From positions 1 to 7,196 of the forward strand of contig CBFFRP010000227.1 of the NCBI GenBank assembly GCA_965644295.1: a DNA stretch of 7,196 nucleotides. Reading direction: 5' to 3'. How positions within the stretch are numbered: position 1 is the first letter of the stretch; each line of letters starts with the position of its first letter. This document shows positions 6,976 to 7,196 of the stretch, piece by piece. The notes under the pieces were generated by a model, which was given only the letters and a program-made list of their open reading frames with translations, did not search any database and was not told the DNA's origin. A program made the position numbers and the translations under genes. The stretch is from Paraphysomonas bandaiensis (lineage: Eukaryota > Protista > Chrysophyceae).

Positions 6976-7196
6976 GTCTAGTCAGTAGTGAGTAAATGAA
7001 TCACTAAGTAAAAAAGCAATGTGGCCAGAGATTAAGACCGAGGTTTATGTAATGTTCAGTTAACTGCCATCAGTGGCACCGCAACTTCTTAATTTCGTGT
7101 TGTATTTGGTGAATATAGTGTATCACTAGAAATACAATCTATTTCATAAGGCTAGTTATGGTATTCTGACATAATATCTGCCACAATGGACATACG

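Overview
The window is eukaryotic DNA, probably from a protist (inferred only from the element type and the absence of prokaryotic gene structure). It is dominated by one complete 5,052-bp Ty3/Gypsy chromovirus-type LTR retrotransposon on the minus strand (1472-6523). The element has two 389-bp LTRs that look identical by eye (TGT...ACA), a 4-bp GTCA target-site duplication and a polypurine tract. It is non-autonomous: it keeps an aspartic protease ORF and an ORF for the C-terminal half of integrase (catalytic Glu region, GPY/F motif, chromodomain and an extra C-terminal domain), but has no recognisable Gag, reverse transcriptase or RNase H. The most striking feature is the absence of a tRNA primer-binding site. 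In its place, the 71 nt just inside the 5' LTR (6058-6128) are a perfect reverse complement of a segment of the LTR (6361-6431) that begins at an initiator-like motif. This is the geometry of Tf1-type self-primed reverse transcription, but the duplex is far longer than the 11 nt of Tf1. The flanks hold decayed coding-like sequence: an OTU-like motif on the left, and a short ORF with weak SET-like hints that the insertion splits.
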